Shown here one piece after another: positions 49,201 through 51,427 of a stretch of DNA of 51,427 nt; positions within the stretch are counted from its first letter, which is position 1, and each line of letters begins with the position of its first letter. This stretch comes from an uncultured Candidatus Saccharibacteria bacterium. GTDB lineage: Bacteria > Patescibacteriota > Minisyncoccia > Phycocordibacterales > PALSA-1337. The DNA lies in contig CAZQAQ010000002.1 in assembly GCA_964591325.1 (NCBI GenBank), forward strand, positions 9,892 to 61,318, written 5' to 3'. Both the position numbers and the translations under genes were made by a program. The notes beneath the pieces are model-generated. The model saw only the letters and a list, made by a program, of their open reading frames with translations, ran no database searches and was not told where the DNA came from.

Positions 49201-51427
49201 ACCGCCGCTGGAAACGTCGGTATAGGTACAACAACTCCAGAGTCATTATTCAATATAAGAGGTTCATTACCAACATTTACAATTACAGATACATCAAATA
49301 CATCTGGGTCTGTTGGAGATTCGCTTTCAAATATTAATTTTGTAGGTGAAGATACATCATCTGGTCTTAATGGAACTGTCAGAGCTTCAATAGGTACATA
49401 TGCAGCAGATGTATTCAGAGCACAAGTGGGTCTTAATTTTATGACAAGGAATGGTGCCACACTTTATAATCGAATGGTTATAGAGCCAAATCTTGGAAAT
49501 GTTGGTATAGGTACAACTACTCCAGGTCAGAAACTTGAAGTTATGGGTATAGGTCGTTTCGATGGTACAAACACATTTTCTATAGGTAGTGATACAAATT
49601 ACAAGAGAATAGACACTGCTGGTACTGGTTCAGAAATATTCCGTTTTTTAAGTTCTGGTAATAATCTTGCTGGTTTACGAGCGGGAAGTGCTATTATTGG
49701 TTTGACTGCACCTTTTACAACTGCAACTGCACCAACGTCAGGTCTTTTGGTTCAAGGAAATGTGGGAGTTGGAACAACATCTCCGTACTCTCAACTTTCT
49801 GTTAGTGGACTTTCTGCTGCTACAACTCTCTTTGCTCTAGATGCTCTATCAGGTCAAACAGCTCCAATACTAGATGTTAAACTGGCAAGCACAACAAAGT
49901 TTGTAGTTGATGCTAGTGGAAATGTTGGGGTTGGTGTTACTACACCCACAGCAAACCTAGTAGTTAGTAAATCTTATGCAGAGCCTGCAGCAGGTATTGC
50001 TTCTACTACAGTTGCGGTTTTTTCTAATAATAATACAGCAAATGCTTCATCATCAATTTCTATACTATCTAGAAGTTCAGCAATCTCTAGTTTAAATTTC
50101 GGAACTCAATTAGGAGAAAGATCTGGATTTATAGATTACGGTATTGCTGCTGGTTCATATCAAGGATTAGCATTTGGTACTTTAGGTACTGAAAGAATGA
50201 GGATTGATGGAAATGGATATGTTGGTATTGGTACTACAACTCCAATAGGAAATCTTGATATAGCAGCTTCAGCTCCAGTGCTTAGACTAAGTGGTACAAA
50301 TACATCTATTTCAGCTGGTGGAACATATGGTGATATCGAATACTATACATCTGATACAACTGCGCAGGGAGTAATGGCAAGAATCAGAGCTAAGGGAAAT
50401 GATAGTAATGTTGGTGGCGATTCAGATTTATCATTCTGGACATTTACAGGTGGAGGATCATTAACAGAGAAGATGAGACTTATGAGTACAGGAAGATTAG
50501 GGATTGGTACAACTTCACCAGATAGACTTCTGACAGTTAGCGGCGCCACATCTGCTACAACTACAATAGAAACTACGACTGCAAATACAACTCCAGGACT
50601 AGAATTAAGATCAAATGTAACAGGTAATAACGTAAATATAGGTAATATATCATTTATAAATAGTTCAAACGGAAATAGTACATTAGCAAATATTACAGGA
50701 TTTCAGGGTGCTTCTGCTTCTTTGGGTGCGTTGATATTCAATACTAGAGCAGCATCTAATTACGGAGAAAGAATGAGAATTGATGTAAATGGAAACGTTG
50801 CAATAAGTACTTCTACAGCTAGTGAAAAGTTATCAATTCTTTCAGCAGACAATGTTCAAGCAACAAATATATTTGCAGTAAGAGCTAACAACCTTTCACA
50901 GGGTATAGGTATTGGTTATGATAGTATACGTCAATTGGGTGGTAGCGGTTCTCTTCTTTTGGATTCTAATAATTCTGGCCGTCTTCTTCTTCAAACAAAT
51001 GGAGGTACAGGTAATGTTGGTATAGCTACCTCAACTCCATGGGCTACATTATCTATAACAAACACAACTACAAATCCTTCATTCGTTGTAGAAGACTCAA
51101 CTTCACCTGATACCACTCCTTTCATAATTGATGCTAGTGGAAATGTTGGGGTTGGTATTTCAACACCTCTATATAAACTTGATGTGGATGGTTCTATGAG
51201 ACTTGGTGCTTCAAGTGGTTCAGTACAACCGATACTTGGAAGAAATACTAGTGGAGGTTTGAGTATTGATAGTACTGGTGCTGTTTCATCATCAAACAAT
51301 CTACTAACCGTAGCGAATAATGGGGGTACGGCACTGGTAACAGTATTAGGAGGAGGTAATGTTGGTATTGGAACAACATCACCAGATATATATTCACTTG
51401 GTCTAACAAAACATTTAACTTTGTCAA
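46246..51427 (+). CDS. Giant repeat-rich surface protein (tail-fibre-like), 3' end beyond the window
   Basis: I translated every codon from the ATG at 46246 to base 51427: 1727 sense codons and no stop. This ORF is absent from the supplied track. Signal peptide ILIFIAVMTAVFGLYGFNFNTAKA. The N-terminal module INYQGKL...GYNVKYRLYTTATGGSPIWTE...NGLFSTMLGS...PRKKIGAVPAAFEADKLDG is followed by at least 20 G-N-V-G-I-G-T-T-x-P motifs. Confidence 0.85.
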   Translation, partial: MKYNIQYKGILIFIAVMTAVFGLYGFNFNTAKAVINKQINYQGKLFTGTNTPVTDGGYNVKYRLYTTATGGSPIWTETLCYSSDNGNTCDGTGTDNRVSVSNGLFSTMLGSVTSLDAVNFNQTLYLGVEIGGNSASSATWDGEMTPRKKIGAVPAAFEADKLDGLSSEQFIRSDADNATTSSSTFLNVIQNGAGKVAEFIGQSSASVLSILSDGKVGIGTTTPTDVLSVNGPIYLANTSPVSTANRIYANGGSLYYAGNLIGGATVGNWTSNGTDVWRPTGNVGIGTSSPGQLLEVYSNSTNPVIKISNGLSGSFPVIQLADTRTNGHTWNIESGRTLGQLSFRDGTAAVERMTINGDGNVGIGTTSPYAKLSVTSTSVASTTLALRSVSSQTANLLDLFNGSGSLVSVINTSGFIGLGSTTPTGMLTITNTGTTYPSFVVEDSASPDASPFLIDNAGLVGIGTSTPDTQLTIAGGSAVDKDAISISGFNGSNTEKTMIRMMNGNRNYTWGLRFGAARDVSTTGGATAGDAFVVNTKTNGGTETERFRISKDGDVGIGTTAPLARLDVVGASSGTRPIFQVSSLSGFSTTTRFVVDGSGNVGIGTSSPATKLEVSTGTNQATLIGDQTSYAAAGLGLSNVSSGIGFRRSTDGIVSTGMFNYNDTGGVPDLGFRARGGFGFFNGASGTQNMTLTSAGNVGIGSTTPLAQLSVGGNSTSNTLFALDALSGQTQPILDVKLASTSKFMVDSSGNVGIGTTTPTALLSITTPNAGTGQALQSWSFGGSTANSTNYNLAMKQVVTSGVVAWVFDQKNNGTSYSNVLAFDRGNIGIGTTSPGQKLSVAGDILGNAFIGSYFTATSTTQASTFPYASTTGFTSSGNTFLATVGGSVSIGTTTSSLATLNIQASGGASINLNNSSTAITTGNILGNIDAYSLDTSTGMAGLFGRIRFAATTLWDGTQDDGADIIFSTRTVADATSTPLDRMVITAAGNVGIGTTTPESLFNIRGSLPTFTITDTSNTSGSVGDSLSNINFVGEDTSSGLNGTVRASIGTYAADVFRAQVGLNFMTRNGATLYNRMVIEPNLGNVGIGTTTPGQKLEVMGIGRFDGTNTFSIGSDTNYKRIDTAGTGSEIFRFLSSGNNLAGLRAGSAIIGLTAPFTTATAPTSGLLVQGNVGVGTTSPYSQLSVSGLSAATTLFALDALSGQTAPILDVKLASTTKFVVDASGNVGVGVTTPTANLVVSKSYAEPAAGIASTTVAVFSNNNTANASSSISILSRSSAISSLNFGTQLGERSGFIDYGIAAGSYQGLAFGTLGTERMRIDGNGYVGIGTTTPIGNLDIAASAPVLRLSGTNTSISAGGTYGDIEYYTSDTTAQGVMARIRAKGNDSNVGGDSDLSFWTFTGGGSLTEKMRLMSTGRLGIGTTSPDRLLTVSGATSATTTIETTTANTTPGLELRSNVTGNNVNIGNISFINSSNGNSTLANITGFQGASASLGALIFNTRAASNYGERMRIDVNGNVAISTSTASEKLSILSADNVQATNIFAVRANNLSQGIGIGYDSIRQLGGSGSLLLDSNNSGRLLLQTNGGTGNVGIATSTPWATLSITNTTTNPSFVVEDSTSPDTTPFIIDASGNVGVGISTPLYKLDVDGSMRLGASSGSVQPILGRNTSGGLSIDSTGAVSSSNNLLTVANNGGTALVTVLGGGNVGIGTTSPDIYSLGLTKHLTLS
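46888..51385 (+). repeat. Array of about 21 coding repeats of the motif G-(N/D)-V-G-(I/V)-G-T-(T/S)-x-P, spaced irregularly at about 150-300 nt
   Basis: Motif codons (gga aat gtt ggt att ggt aca aca .. cca and variants) start near 46888, 47086, 47321, 47487, 47617, 47901, 48040, 48331, 48491, 48721, 48904, 49211, 49494, 49757, 49917, 50215, 50491, 50791, 51011, 51139 and 51356. Confidence 0.85.

Noticed and set aside
47133-51299. Minus-strand ORFs 47133-47726, 47766-48110, 48287-48469, 48366-48611, 48753-49460, 50343-50549 and 50991-51299, plus the plus-strand off-frame ORF 49034-49225
   Set aside because: They are antisense or off-frame shadows of the giant plus-strand ORF. Their recurrent VPIPT strings are simply the reverse complement of the GIGT(T) codons, and the plus-strand frame is uninterrupted across all of them.
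46888-51385. Periodic nucleotide repeats that might be taken for a CRISPR-like or tandem-repeat array
   Set aside because: The repeats are about 30-nt coding motifs at irregular spacing inside one continuous reading frame. There are no invariant direct repeats with unique spacers and no cas genes in the window.

Overview
AT-rich (about 30% G+C by eye), tightly packed bacterial DNA. Its gene content looks like a small-genome, Patescibacteria/CPR-like organism, but that is inference from gene content only. All calls rest on motifs read from the translations and DNA; no homology search was run.

Layout:
- 1-7.8 kb: type IV pilus locus. It runs pilT (5' partial), pilC, major pilin, an antisense glycosyltransferase, a second pilin, pilD and four minor pilins.
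- 7.8-12.2 kb: ligA and gatCA.
- 12.2-14.7 kb: tRNA cluster (fMet, Met-CAU, Asp, Thr) interleaved with two paralogous HTH plus LAGLIDADG-like ORFs. The tRNA-Thr(GGU) is split by a 180-nt group-I-like intron.
- 14.7-36 kb: housekeeping and envelope genes. These include an ECF sigma factor, NrnA-like DHH protein, cyclophilin, a Cas4-like nuclease, a two-component pair, PAP2, MFS, RNase J, a solute-binding protein, secG, an ABC exporter, groES/groEL, LemA/TPM, an orphan kinase and CapA.
- 36.1-37.3 kb: a G+C-rich island with two orphan ORFs. It abuts tRNA-Ser(GGA) and carries a decayed copy of the tRNA 3' end. A DUF4258/DUF2283-like pair follows.
- 38-41.5 kb: an AI-2E transporter, obg and gatB.
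- 41.6-44 kb: an orphan membrane protein, an excisionase-type HTH gene and 1 kb of ORF-free AT-rich DNA.
- 44 kb to the window end: an apparent operon of a membrane-anchored HTH protein, an FN3-like anchored protein, and a giant ORF.

The giant ORF (46246 to the window end, more than 1727 codons) is absent from the supplied ORF track because it has no stop in the window. It contains at least 20 G-N-V-G-I-G-T-T-x-P motifs. The minus-strand ORFs listed across it are antisense shadows. This operon and the tRNA, intron and endonuclease cluster are the two most interesting regions.
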